Shown: positions 39,042-51,500 of the stretch, in pieces
Layout of the letters: each line of letters opens with the position of its first letter
Position numbering within the stretch: position 1 is the stretch's first letter
From: Daphnia carinata
Taxonomy: Eukaryota
DNA length: 64,000 nt
Assembly (NCBI RefSeq): GCF_022539665.2
Contig: NC_081334.1
Location: 2,480,001 to 2,544,000, forward strand
Direction: 5' to 3'
The notes under the pieces: model-generated
Told to the model about the DNA's origin: nothing
What the model saw: the letters and a program-made list of their open reading frames with translations, nothing else
Database searches by the model: none
Position numbers and translations under genes: made by a program

Positions 39042-40671
39042 TCAGTGGAATTCAGTTTCAGAATTCTTTGCCCGATTAATTGGAGAGAATACGCAAATGG
39101 GCAAACCCCCATTCTGCTGGAGTTTCAATGAGGGGCCTGTGGAACGAAAGCCAGATTTAAAGGAATTTAAAGTCAGCCGTCCAGGCCAAGTGTTAAGTTT
39201 TAAAAATTACTTAAATCTGATGATGCATTTGATGATGTTTCTCGAGACAAATCGTAACTACAATTGGCGATTCCCGGCAGACGGATATCTAACAGATGGC
39301 CTCTCTGAACTGCTAACTGGAATACAATTTTGAGGCTTTAATTTTGATTAATTCAACTAATAGACCAATTATGGATAATGGTGAAACCTTTTTGTTCATG
39401 GCAAAGACTTTGTTAATCACGTCTCTAGCGACGAGAACGCAAAAAACATTTGCCAAAGTTGTTTCTTTGACGAAAAGGTACTCGAGGGTTGATCTCTGCC
39501 AACTGATGTAACGACACGTTCCAGTGGCAGCAATTGATACCTAGGGAAATTTGAACTTGTGTAAAATCCTGCTCAAATCATCTTGATGTCGATCTTGGCT
39601 TACCCGAAATTTGTCTTCGATAGAAGCACGACTAGATTCAAATTCCGGAGAATCAAGAAATTCGTTTGCGTCTATGGTGTGTAGTATTGTTCCATCGGAT
39701 ACCACTTGCACCTGTTTTTTACGTTGTTATTACGAGTACAAGGAGATTTTAAAAAATGTAAAATAGCGAATTTTGATACCTTTCCGGAAAGCATGATGGA
39801 TAGTCGATCAATGCGTGTAAGATTTTGAAGAGCATAAAAATCCCCTATGGGTAAGAAAGGAAATTCATTAAATCAGAGCTAACAATATCTAGTAATGATT
39901 ATTTACCAGGATATAGGGTAGAGATCTCAGCATATTCTTGGCTCACCAACTTCTTGAATGTCATTCGACTAATCTATTGGTACAACCTTTTGAATAAAGA
40001 ATCGAAACTACTTGTGACAACTATCACAAACACCTTACCCCAAGAGGTTGGAAGAGAAGCGCAAAAAGGGCCTCTACTTCTGGGTCGAGACGCACAGGCC
40101 GTATACGATAGAGATCGTACATCAGTTGGCAAAAATTAAGGAATACAAAACCAAAGGTCCAAGAAAATATGTCAGGAGCACAGAGCATATTCCAGGCCCA
40201 AGTAGAATACAACAAACCACCTGGCATAGAAATCGTCATTTACATAACTTTAAAGAAGAAAACCTTGTTATATTAGATTGATATGAATTTACCTACTAAA
40301 AGAGCGGCGTGCATGATGACAATGCCTACAGAGTGATCTGGTGCCAGGCATGAAATGAAGAAGCAACCGTAAGCCAACTGGAAAAGAATGTGTTGTGGCT
40401 CACGCCAACTTTCACAAGGTATCAAGAAACCTATGGGGCAATGTAAAAGATTTACAATATAGAACTGCCAAAACTATTTTAAGGTAAACTAAGATCGTTC
40501 TGTTCGAAACTTACGTCCCCACGACGTATTGAATATGTCGTTAAACTGTAAAGTGTCGTTAAACGTGTGCGTCATGATGGTCCTAAAAACAGGTTCTCTA
40601 TCGATGATGTTTGCAGTTCCCGTGACATTTCCGTTATCCATTTCAGGTGGTGATAAATACAAGGAATCCAT
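39042..40671 (-). CDS. bves: Popeye domain-containing protein (BVES/Popdc family), multi-exon
   Basis: N-terminal N-x-T/S sites, three transmembrane segments (HILFQLAYGCFF, WAWNMLCAPDIFSW), LYRIRPVRLDPEVEALF..LFQPLGV, FYALQNLTRIDRLSIMLSGK, FLDSPEF, CRYISW and LLDIRLP. The last exon is uncertain: stop near 39200 by read-through, or at 39042 if spliced. Confidence 0.9.
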
Positions 40672-42064
40672 CAGACACTTGTTGTTGTCAGTTAGAATAC
40701 TGCTTCCTACAACAATCCTCTGTCTTCTTGCCTACTGCTAAGAGAAAACAGTTTTCAACAATGCAGCGACTCCAAATCGATCGCTCTTCATTTTCAAAAC
40801 GGCGCAGGCGTCGTAAAATCGTTGTGTAATAGTTTTACTATATTTATGATTTGTAGTATTTTTTCATGTCACATCTGGGGTGATCCTAAGGCTTGTTTTT
40901 TAGAAATACAAAGTCATTATTTCGGCCAACAACTTTTCCCTAATTTTAAACTTACCAGCATTAAGACTACAACCAAAGTAATTCATCAAGTTGTAACAGG
41001 AAGTCCAACACATCGGTTTAAAGGAAAAATCTGTATAGGTATGGTAGCTAACTGCTCACAGATGGTCATGACAGTGTTTCTGCTGACAGTGATATTCCAT
41101 TGGTTTTTAGGTTTAGCCTAAGTTCAAAGGGTGCCACTTCAACATGCTGGATCGTTTCTTTTCTCTGTGCTTTCTCGAGAACCTTCACGAGGGCCAGAAT
41201 CACTATGATAGGTATGGCCATCAAGAATAAGTACCATGTTCTATGAACCTTAAAATCAGTCAGAGTCAGAGAAGTTTCAGAAAACTAATAAAGACCATTA
41301 ATGGATTACCTGGGGTCTCTTTTTGCAATAAAATTATGTTGACTTAAGGCAACCAGCGTTTCGGTTCACGGAAAACCGACGTCGTCTGCAAAGCTCTCAC
41401 GTGCCTCTTAAGTTGAAGACGATTGTGCCTCAAGAAATGTGTATAGCTCCTGGCCTTCTTGTAGTGAATAATGCATTTGTTTGCAGTTGAAATGCTCTTT
41501 GATGTTTCATCAAGGGTTTTTTTAAAACTTTCTTTTTCAGCGATTTATTTATTGAACTAAAAGCGCGACACTATGCTGTGTCACTTAACTTAGTGGCTTA
41601 ATCTAACAGCATTGACAAATGGGATTGATAGCGAAAGACGAACGTGTGAACTTCAATGGACAAGTGCCGTCTACTTTAACGCGTACCGATTTGCCTTTCA
41701 TAGGCGCTTTAGCTTCAAGCTTTGTGCAGTACACAATATTCTTTGAAGTGACCGACTTGTACAGACGATAGTTTTGCTGATTACGTACACAGATAGGAAG
41801 CACCGACAAAAGGTCTTTTCTTTGTCGGTGTCGATTGGTAATAGTTTTGAAAACAGACCAGCTTTTCTATCACACAAATCACCTTTGCAAACATGCAGCA
41901 GCTTGAGATTTCTTTTCTAGAAACACCTGCATTAGAGCAAGGCTTTCATATAACCATCGTTTTCAATTAGCGTAGGAGGTACCTCATTTACGACAGCCGA
42001 ACTCAATGTTGAAGGCCTGCTAACGTATTTTTATTTGAATCACCATAAATACAACGGAAACGGT

Positions 42065-44203
42065 TTAAATAAATGTTGAGTCAGAGAAAAAACAATGTTG
42101 TAAGGCCTCTTCCGTTTGTCCATGAGGCAGTGATGGAACTATGGGTATGAAAGGATGTAAAATGGAGTACTGTTGAATCCACCAATGGTGTATCGGCTGG
42201 TGAACGGCGCGATGATCAAACGGATGCCATGAATTCATATTTGTTAGAGAAAAATTGCTCGTGGTGTTGTCTTTGCTGCTCGATGAAATGCGTATTTTCT
42301 TATTATCACTTTGTGTTTCGTCGTCCTCTTTTGCATCAGAGTTCCTATCCATGTTTAACACAAGAAAAAGACTAAGTACGACTCCCATTACCACTTTTGA
42401 AGACGCTTAACGGCTTGCCTCATTTACCTACACACTCGTTTGGTGTGTTTGTTAAAAATAAAATCCAGTAGCGTCATAAGAAATGGGTTTACCCTTCACA
42501 TGGTTCTAAATACGTCAGCAGTGGCCGAGCGACTTGCAAGACAATCTGTAGGTAGCATCGTGTTTACATAGTCACACGTGCTGTTATCGCTCCTAGACAG
42601 TTTGAGTTAGTTCTCGATGGCGCCAGTCTAGGCCAACTTTGCGCCTTTGATGTGCATCCTACCGTAAGATTTTCTATCCCTGTTGCAATATCTGTTTGCT
42701 CCTCAATCACGTTAAATCAACCGACAGATTTTGAGGAAGCAACAACGGTAAGCTAAGAGTGTGCCGATCTTCTTTCGGTCGCTGTATCTTCCACCGTCAA
42801 AGAACGCCGCTATTTGTTCGTGGCTCGCACAGTCAGCTTATGATTGTAACTCGGTAAGCTTTCACAACTGTTGTGTGATTAGTCGCAATGATATTCCTTT
42901 GATTAGCAAGCCATAATATTGCGTTGCCTATCAGACGTTGACGTGTCTAGTGTGTGCAATAAATCATCGCGAAAATAGAATGCTCTTAATCAACAACATT
43001 ACGATGGATCTTTGATTGTTAAAACTACATCTAAACGTCCCGCTAACTAACGAGGAATAAAACATTGTCTTACCTTGGTTCACGGCTCGATTCGCGAAAA
43101 CCTTTGGCGAAGGGATTGCTAGCAATTTTCAGTCTAGTGATCTGGTATCGAAATGGATACGTAAATTTTTCATGTTGAATTCTTGGGTTGATCAAACGAA
43201 AAGATCTATAATTGAATGTGTTTACCTGTTGATTTTGGTAGGCAGTAACGGTGATGAACTGAGTTTCAGGAAAGGTGAGCGATGTGGCTGAGCTTCGTCT
43301 TCGGCAGAAAGTCCTCCACCAGTCGTTACAAGTGTTGAAGGCTTCTCTGCAATCATTGGGGATCGGTTGAACGTATAATTTCGGCTGGTAACGATGCATT
43401 GAATGCAGGGGTATCTGAAGAAAATTCCGTTCGTTAATGACTGTTTTTATAGGCGTGTGCAATATAAACAGTTTAAAGGGCGTACTTGGTCACGTTGGGA
43501 AGGCTTGCGGTTGTTGGTCAATTTGAGTTTATCGAACGCTACACAACTCTGTTTGTTCCAGAATTTACCTAGCTGAGGACCATCCGGATGCAGAAAGCAA
43601 CGTTCCTGATGTGGGACATCCCCAGGACCTCCAGGAACCCATTTAGAACTAGAAATATACAAACATTAATGCCAATTATACGACGCTATTCGATCATTTT
43701 CCTGAATCACATTTCTAAATGCTAATATACCTCTGATAGATATATCTATATCTTTTGTCATCAACCAAATCCATTTCGACGTAGACAATGTAGACGACGT
43801 CGTCATCCAAACCACTAAGGCGGACCTTCAGCGATGGGAACATTCTCCTTCATTAATAGAACCAAAAATTAATAGTTAAAAAGTCATTTAGATTATGCGT
43901 ATACATTTGGTTAAAAAAAATGGCTTACCTTCCAGCTTTCGTGATGATCATTTCAGTTCCAAGGGTGTGAAACTCTAACCAGAGTTCACGACACAATAAT
44001 TCCCCTACAATATTCTGATTAGACATGAATTTCTCGTCATCATTATTGCCATCCAGAAGGCAAACCGACGGCTGATGTTTGGCCGCATCTGCGTCCATTG
44101 GTTCGTCGCAAGAGCCGAGCGGAGTACCAATGAGGCTTGAAACGGAGAACGCCTTAGCTCGGGCCGACAGATCACTACATCGAGCTTGATCCGAAGACAT
44201 CAC
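42065..44203 (-). CDS. T-box transcription factor, Tbx1 subfamily, Tbx15/18/22-like
   Basis: eh1-like [15 protein letters not shown], then T-box motifs [56 protein letters not shown] and [33 protein letters not shown]. The terminal exon is predicted at 42344-42065. Confidence 0.9.
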
Positions 44204-45518
44204 TTGACACGTTCGCTTTCCTTCCTCGACCTTTCGATTGTTAAGTTCTATCCCAGTTTGCGGTTGAACTCGTTAGAAGCGTGATTGCTTACAACTGACG
44301 ATGAGCGGATGGGCAATTGAGTAGTTTTAGGTTTGATGCGTCAGTCCCCCACCTTCTTACAAAATGTGCTTTTAAAAACTAATGGTATTTGACGGCTATC
44401 AGCAACGATACTATCTTCTTCGGTAGCGATTGGTTTTCACACGAAGTGTCAATCCTTTAAAAAAAAAAAAAAAAGGGACAGTTTCTGTGGGGCGGAGAGA
44501 CACTTGTTTGTTTCCCACCGCCGATAACGCAAAGCGAGCAAGTGATGTGACTTCCTTGTCGGTGCGTTTGCAACGGCTTTTTAACTGCGACATTCCGACC
44601 CCGTATCGCTTCTGAGCGCGATCGATGAGAAAAAAGGCGCTTCTTTCGGCATTTCCAGTGCCGACTGTCACCGTTTTTGTCTCATCCCTCCACCCCCCAG
44701 CCCCGTACAGGTAGAGAGCTGCTTGTTTAATATTGTAGCACCTGGCACCTGGTCTCTAAGCATTGCGTCACCTGAAATCGTTTGCCCTTTTTTAGAAATC
44801 CTAATTATACTTTTCTGAATTGTGCAGGGTATTTTAAATGATTCAACTTCTTCGCGGATGTGCTTGTCTGACGACGGGATCGCAATTCGTAGCCAAAATG
44901 TGCGGATTCTTATACACTGGATATCTACTTTTCGATTGCGCACGACGGACCTAACCGTAATTTGAAACGGTCGGCTTAACAATCTACTCAAAGATCAGAA
45001 GCGCTTGCTAAAAAGTGCAATTTTAATTACGTGAAATCCTTTGAATGATGCACATTGTTTCCTGATAGATGAGGCACTTTCAAACGATACCGACTGCTCT
45101 AGACGAGCCGCGTGATTCCCTTCTAAAACTCTCCGAGTCCAAACTACGGTGGTTAACTAATGCAATATTAGCGACAGACTATCCATAAAAAACTAAGCAA
45201 TTTACGGTCATTTCGCTTTAAAACCAATATTGATTACGCACGGCGTACCAGCCCAATCGTTCTTTTCGCCGTAAATTAGAATGCTATTATGCAACCAATT
45301 GTTTAACTGACGAGTTTTTAACGATCACGAGATTATGATTCGAAAATTCCTACAATAACGAAACGAAACGAAACATGATTCAAATGCAATAGATTTCTGA
45401 TCGAGGAAGAGGCAACAATCAGGTTCGTTGAAATTTGATTGCAATAGCTTGGCAGTTATAGACAGGTTAAACGGTCAATCAATGAGAATAGAAAAGCAAC
45501 TCATCCTGAGACGGGGCG

Positions 45519-48500
45519 TCAACGGCGGTTAAAGAGCTGAAGATCGAGCTTCAAGACGATTTCTCCGCATTCGACTTCGTGCAAAGGAAGCCGTTTGATG
45601 AGCGGTCCGCGATAAATTTTCGAATCTTGCAGCACATCGGCAATACGCACTTCGGTTCGCCCCAGAAACTCTATCGCATTGAACGCGTGAGTCAGAATAG
45701 CTCACCGTGCAATTTTGAATTAAACGTTCGAAGCTTACCGTTCGGTGAGAAATAGTCACGATCTAACACGGTAATGCAGAGGACATCTTGCTGAAGATCT
45801 TTAACTAGAAACTGCATCGATGCGTTCCATTTAGGATTGAGAGATTTGGGTACCACTTTCGTCCGATGTTCTTGCGACCCGAGGTAGACTTCGCAAAACG
45901 TATCGCTTTTTCCTGATCAATTTAACCCGTAGATTAGGGGTAGGATTCGATGTTAAATGTACGAACGTGTACAAAGCGCAGGAGAGCAAATCAGTGTTGA
46001 GAATAAATAGGCAGGTGTGATTGAGGAAAGAAGAAAGTACCTTTAGGATTTCCCCGTGCAGCAAGAGCGAGGCCTTCAGCAACGACGACTCGCAATTTGC
46101 CTACGGGTGGCCTTTGCCTTACTGCAGACAAGTGCAAAAGGTAGAAGGATAGAGAGAAAGAAAGCCGAAAAAAATAATATTATCTATAGTATCATGCATG
46201 TGAGATTGTTATGAGCTGTTACGCCAAGCTAGCACAAAGTGGAGAAAGAGAAAAGATAAGTGCACCGAAATGCCATGCGAAAATCAACTAGTAAATAAAA
46301 GAAAATAGAATTATTCAAATTAAAACCTAGTGAAACCATGGTGTCAAAAAAAAAAAAACGGTGGGGTTTGTTAGTATATGAAACCAAAAACGCAACGAAG
46401 GAAAGCGGGATTCCTAATGAAGTTGGTGTGCGTTTCGCGCATGCGTATCGAAGTATTCCGGATATCTCAATGAAAGGGTCTACATCTTACCCGTGTCCGA
46501 ACTGGGTTGTAGGTTTTCTGCTTCGATGACCAATACCAGCAATCGCCCGCACACATTGCCTTCGTTTTGTTCTAAAGGATTTACGAGTTTAAAAACACGC
46601 GTACCTCTAACATTTGACTAGTAATCCTATCTAATAATGTCCCCTTTTAGGTACGGGACCATCTTACGTACGCGCTCGTCGTTAACATTACCAACATCGT
46701 GTGTCTATCGTATGGCAAAAATATGGCCGAAATATAGAAAAGTTGGTAGTACTTGATCTTTGGCGTTGAAGGACGGCCCGTTCGGTCAGCAGGCAGTGTT
46801 TCCGGGCTTCTTCCAGTTTACGCAACCATAGAATTCGGTCGGCCGAACTGGTACATGTCACTAGAAGTTTGCATTCCGTGTCTTGGATCGTGAAGCGTGT
46901 CGGCACGGACTCGTGTTCAGTGCCACTATCGGTGGATTGATTATCTCCTTGCACGACTGTCATCTCTCTGAGGAATATGGGCTAACGTGATAGATTTTTA
47001 ATCAATTTTCATTCTCGATTCAATTTTTTAGAGCATTTCTTTATACCTTTCTGTACATCCGCAATGTCACACTGGATTTCTTATCAAAAAGAAATTGAAG
47101 ATTGATGGAAGCCAAAGGTTTGCTGATTGTGGTGAACAAGAGGAAATCGTTGAACACGAAGGCCAGCAGTTCTTTGTTACTTTTGACCTAATTGATTATT
47201 CGTAGATTATTAAGAAAATTCCAATTCAAACCATCGGTGTCTAAGGTGTTGGTTTTACCTTTTTTAGAGGGCCGAAATGAATAAGCTTGCGAGGGCCAAG
47301 CATATTTGTGACGGAATTGAAGACCAATCGTTCATCCAATCCTTCAATATGGACTCTGCGTTGCAACCACTCTAATCTGTCCGAATTTTCTTGTTCCCTT
47401 ACACCTTCGTTGACCTAGCAATAACAGGGAATTAATCCTCGTTTTTAGAATAATAATAAGATTAGTTCTCTTCCCGGTACATTCGCTTACTTGATTGCAG
47501 AGTTCCTCGGCTTTAACTAGAGCTTCGTCCAACAGCAGCCGGTCTGGGTGGCTAACATCCGTTGATTCCAAAATCTATTTCATTTTACGCCACAGAAATG
47601 TTATTACAAAAATGCAAGAAATGAAAGAAATATGTACCTTTTTAATGAGCAGAGGATATTTTGTTATTCTCTGCATTGGCTTCAGTAAATACGAAGTCAA
47701 CGGCATTCCTTTCACTTTCGGATGAAGTTGGCATTTTTTCAACAAAGCACGGAACTCTGGAACACCTTCATGGCGCCTCTGAATTAAAGCCGCAGCGTTC
47801 AGCTGCCTGCTGCAAAACCGAATGTACGGCGACATGTGCGGAAGCTGAATCAGCATGAAGTTGGTAGCGCGCAAACGCCAACATACGATGTAGAAGTTTA
47901 AATAAACACGGCAGACGTGGCCTAGCTTAGCATTGTTTTTGGAATATTATTCAATAATTTTTCACCTACACAATCTATCAAAATATCTCCAACGGCCTGA
48001 ATAATCCCTTCAGGACTCATCTTCTTTCGGATGCGTAGTGCCCTAGGAAATATCACGATGAATGCATTGGCAAGAAGGAAAAAATGTTAAGATTGCGTAC
48101 CTCAAAAACGTATTGTTGCAAGCGATGATGTCCTTCCAATTGACGAAAATTGTGTCCACGTCTTCCAGTTTGACGACACCCGACTCAATCATTGGTTTCT
48201 GGAACACCTGCGGAAGAAAAAAGAACATTAGATAGTGATTTCTTTCATTGAGATAGTGAATAATTACTTCGCTGACGATAGACATGTCCTCCATGTAAGT
48301 TTCTTCTGTACTAATCAGTTCTTGGATGACAATTTGGCGCTTTTGCTCAGTGGGTGACAGTTGGGAAAAAGCTGCGGTGTCGGTCAGCCTCGATGTCGTC
48401 CCTAAGATGAAGCAGCAGCAGCTCAGAAACAAACTCGAACATGGACAACAACCGAACTTTATACCAACATTAGGTTGGTTTGCATTGACAAGAGAAGAAT

Positions 48501-51500
48501 GTTCAACCGACAAATTACAATTAGTGTGTGCGCTTAAGACGAGTGTGTACAATTTCAAAACAGGCCCACATAGAAAGTCCATGATATCAAGAAATACATC
48601 CACAAAAATTGATCCGTGTTCAACAAAGACAAACGATGTATTTCAGCTACTGGAATCCATAGCGAAGAATAATAAGAGAAGAGGAGAAAAAAACATTTCA
48701 CCTTGCCAGGTGTTAATACAGACTAACAGTGAGAAAACTGTACTGCATGGATTGAACAAGTAAAACACACACACACAGAGCAGATGAGGAGCTAATTGTG
48801 TTTTCGCAGACTCTTACAGTATCTTTGAAAATCGCAAAAAGCACTGGAAACGACAACACCCAACAATTCAATCGTGAAAAAAAAAGGAAACCACCGAAGA
48901 GTATTTGAGGCGAAAATTGAGAAAGTGAATAGACTAAATAAAACACAATCTGGTTACGCACTCCAACTATACGAAAAAAAAAGGTAACAATAAGTAACAA
49001 ATAACGCTAAATATTCTTGAATCCAAAGCCGAAACATAAACTAAGATGCGACGCAATATCGCTCCTCGGCCCGGTGCAATTGACAGTTTGATTGTGTCTT
49101 TTTTCTTTTTGTGCACCGGGAGACTAGGAGGTGGGACTCAATTTGTGTTTGCTATTATGCCTTAGAGTGGCCAAGAAGATCTCTGCCAGATTTTTCAAAT
49201 GTTTCATTCCTACTGAGATGTCCGATTGACAACTGAGGGAGAGAAGTAGCACTCGAAATGCAAGAACAAGAGGGTTAAGTGTGTTACTGGAGCGTCACAG
49301 AACGAAAGCAAAAGAGGGACAGACAAGCGAAGGGCAATACAAAGATGATCCTGCGACACAGAAGCCAACTGTGCAAAGCTACTTTTTTTTCTTGGAATGA
49401 AAAGAGAAAACGAAAAGAACGTAGAGTACACATAAACCAGACGAAGAGTGCCCTAATCTTACGGAAGCAGTGATTTTCAGATAAGGAAATAATAAATCAC
49501 GGGGGTTCGCAATCACGCCGTGCAACATCAAACCGCATTAGAAAAGAATGATTACGGATGACCAAGTGGAAAGAAAACGTCCAATTGAGTTGCATCTAAT
49601 GGGAAACTGGGTAACCAGATTGAATGAAATTTCAACTAAAAAGAAGACAATGAAAGGGGGCGAAAAAAAAGGCACGTTGTCGGAACTACTTTCAAGGTGC
49701 ACATCGAAAAAAGAGATGTAGGAAAAGACTAAACACGCGAGACTAGAAGGAAAGGTGAAAACGAAAACAAAAGAGAGAAAAAAAGGGAAACATTTCTGGC
49801 TGATTTGTTTCCCCGAGTTTCCATTGAACGCGGAAGCACGGCATGGTGTGCAAGTCGATCTTTTTCCCCCCGGATGGATGGCTCATCTCGTCAGTCCTTT
49901 CTCTTTCCTACAATAAGGACAAACACACTCTACTTAAAAAGCCGCCCACACCACAAAAAAAAAGTCAAAATTCTTCACAAAAAGGAGCCAAATAAAAATA
50001 AATAGAAGGGCATTAAAAAAAAAAAAAAGAGGAAGGACAGAGTAAGAAAAATGAGTGAAACAGGTGGGAGACAAGACAACCATGACATAAGGTAAACACA
50101 ATCCGTCAGTAGTCCTATATTATGCTTTAAAAAATGTGATGGGGAAAAGAATGAATTGAAGTTCCGGCCTGGTGTCGTGTAAAGCTTCACGCATAACCCC
50201 AAGATTGACAGAAAACAAAGAGGTGATGCAAAAGCATCAACGCCAATAAAGTTAAACTAGTTGTAAATACCAAAGAGTTTGATTTCCCCACTAGCCAAAA
50301 GAATTGATAAAGCATCCAAGCATTGAAACTCGATCACTTACATTGAGTAGTCGTGGTAGATGCAACGCTGGCACTGGCTGAACTCGCAGCTGCTCCTAAC
50401 GCAGCTGAAGCAGCCAAACTTCCCATGACCTCGACGTAATTTGAAGGGAAGAGGCCAGTCTAAAACGATAGAAAAAGGGTAGTCGAAATGCATAGTAAAT
50501 AAATTTTTATACATTAAGTACCTGGCCCTTGAGTTCGCCCCGCCACCAGGCTGGGTCTTCACGATCTAATATTATCAGAACGTCGCCTTGCAAGAAGCTG
50601 AGTTCATCTTCGTTTTGGGCCGTGTATGGGAAAAGAGCCACTACCTGATCTGTTGCGTCAATATAAAACAGGCCACACTCGTTTAAAATAAAGAGCTTAG
50701 ATTCAAATTTGTTAAATGTGACGTTTACCAAGTGTAGGTGTGTTGTTAACTTCGAAAGCTGCGGTGATGGCTGTCTGGGTTGGAACGATAGGTGGCATTT
50801 CATCGTCCATTTCGGTAGGCACAGGTGTAGTTCTGCTACTTCCACCTGAGCTGCTCAACACTTTTACGTACGAAGCCGGAAACCATCCCAGTTGACGTTT
50901 TCGTCCTTTGGCCTACGAATTTCATTTGTTAATGAAAGTATATGGAAAAAACACAAAAAATGTAGTTCGATGGAGCATTGGTGTTACCTGTAGTTCTCCC
51001 TCCCACCAACCAGATGCAGATTTCTTCCGGATCATGATTAATTGGCCTCGTTGTAGCGATAGCTGCTCACTACTAGTTGCGGAATAAGGAGCAATCACCG
51101 TAGCAATTTCAGGTTTTTTGCTTCCTCGACCCTATTATTCGAATAAATTTTCATAATGGACTCACAACTTAAAATAATGATTATCTCTTTAACTAAATAA
51201 ATTAAACACAATTTGAGAACATTCGTGGAAGAGTACCATGTTGGATGGTGACGGTGCACCGCTAGAAGCGGCGGAGGCAGCTCTAGGAACTCCAGGAAGA
51301 GATGCCTGTTTTCAACGGATTAAATAGAAACAAATGATTTTAGGCACAGCCATTTGAATTGGGGACCGACCTAGCCCTCAAGGGGTACATAAGCTTCATA
51401 GAATACCTCAAATTCGCTGTCGATGGGCGCTGTGTTGGGTCTTTTCGAATCTTGCTGGCCCGTTGCTTTCACAGCTGGCGAAACAGTTTTCGCAACAGCG

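Noticed and set aside
41040..41102. Hairpin whose minus-strand arm (UAUCACUGUCAGC) resembles miR-2 family sequence
   Set aside because: The stem is weak with many mismatches, the seed differs from miR-2 (UAUCACAG), and the match is on the 5' arm whereas miR-2 matures from the 3' arm.
46688..46710. Extra Intersectin exon right after the PH exon
   Set aside because: Using the nearby AG gives NTRCW* immediately. There is no C2 similarity and no other support.
48713..50202. Short ORFs inside the long Intersectin intron
   Set aside because: Low-complexity A/T-rich sequence, better explained as intron or 3'UTR of the short isoform.
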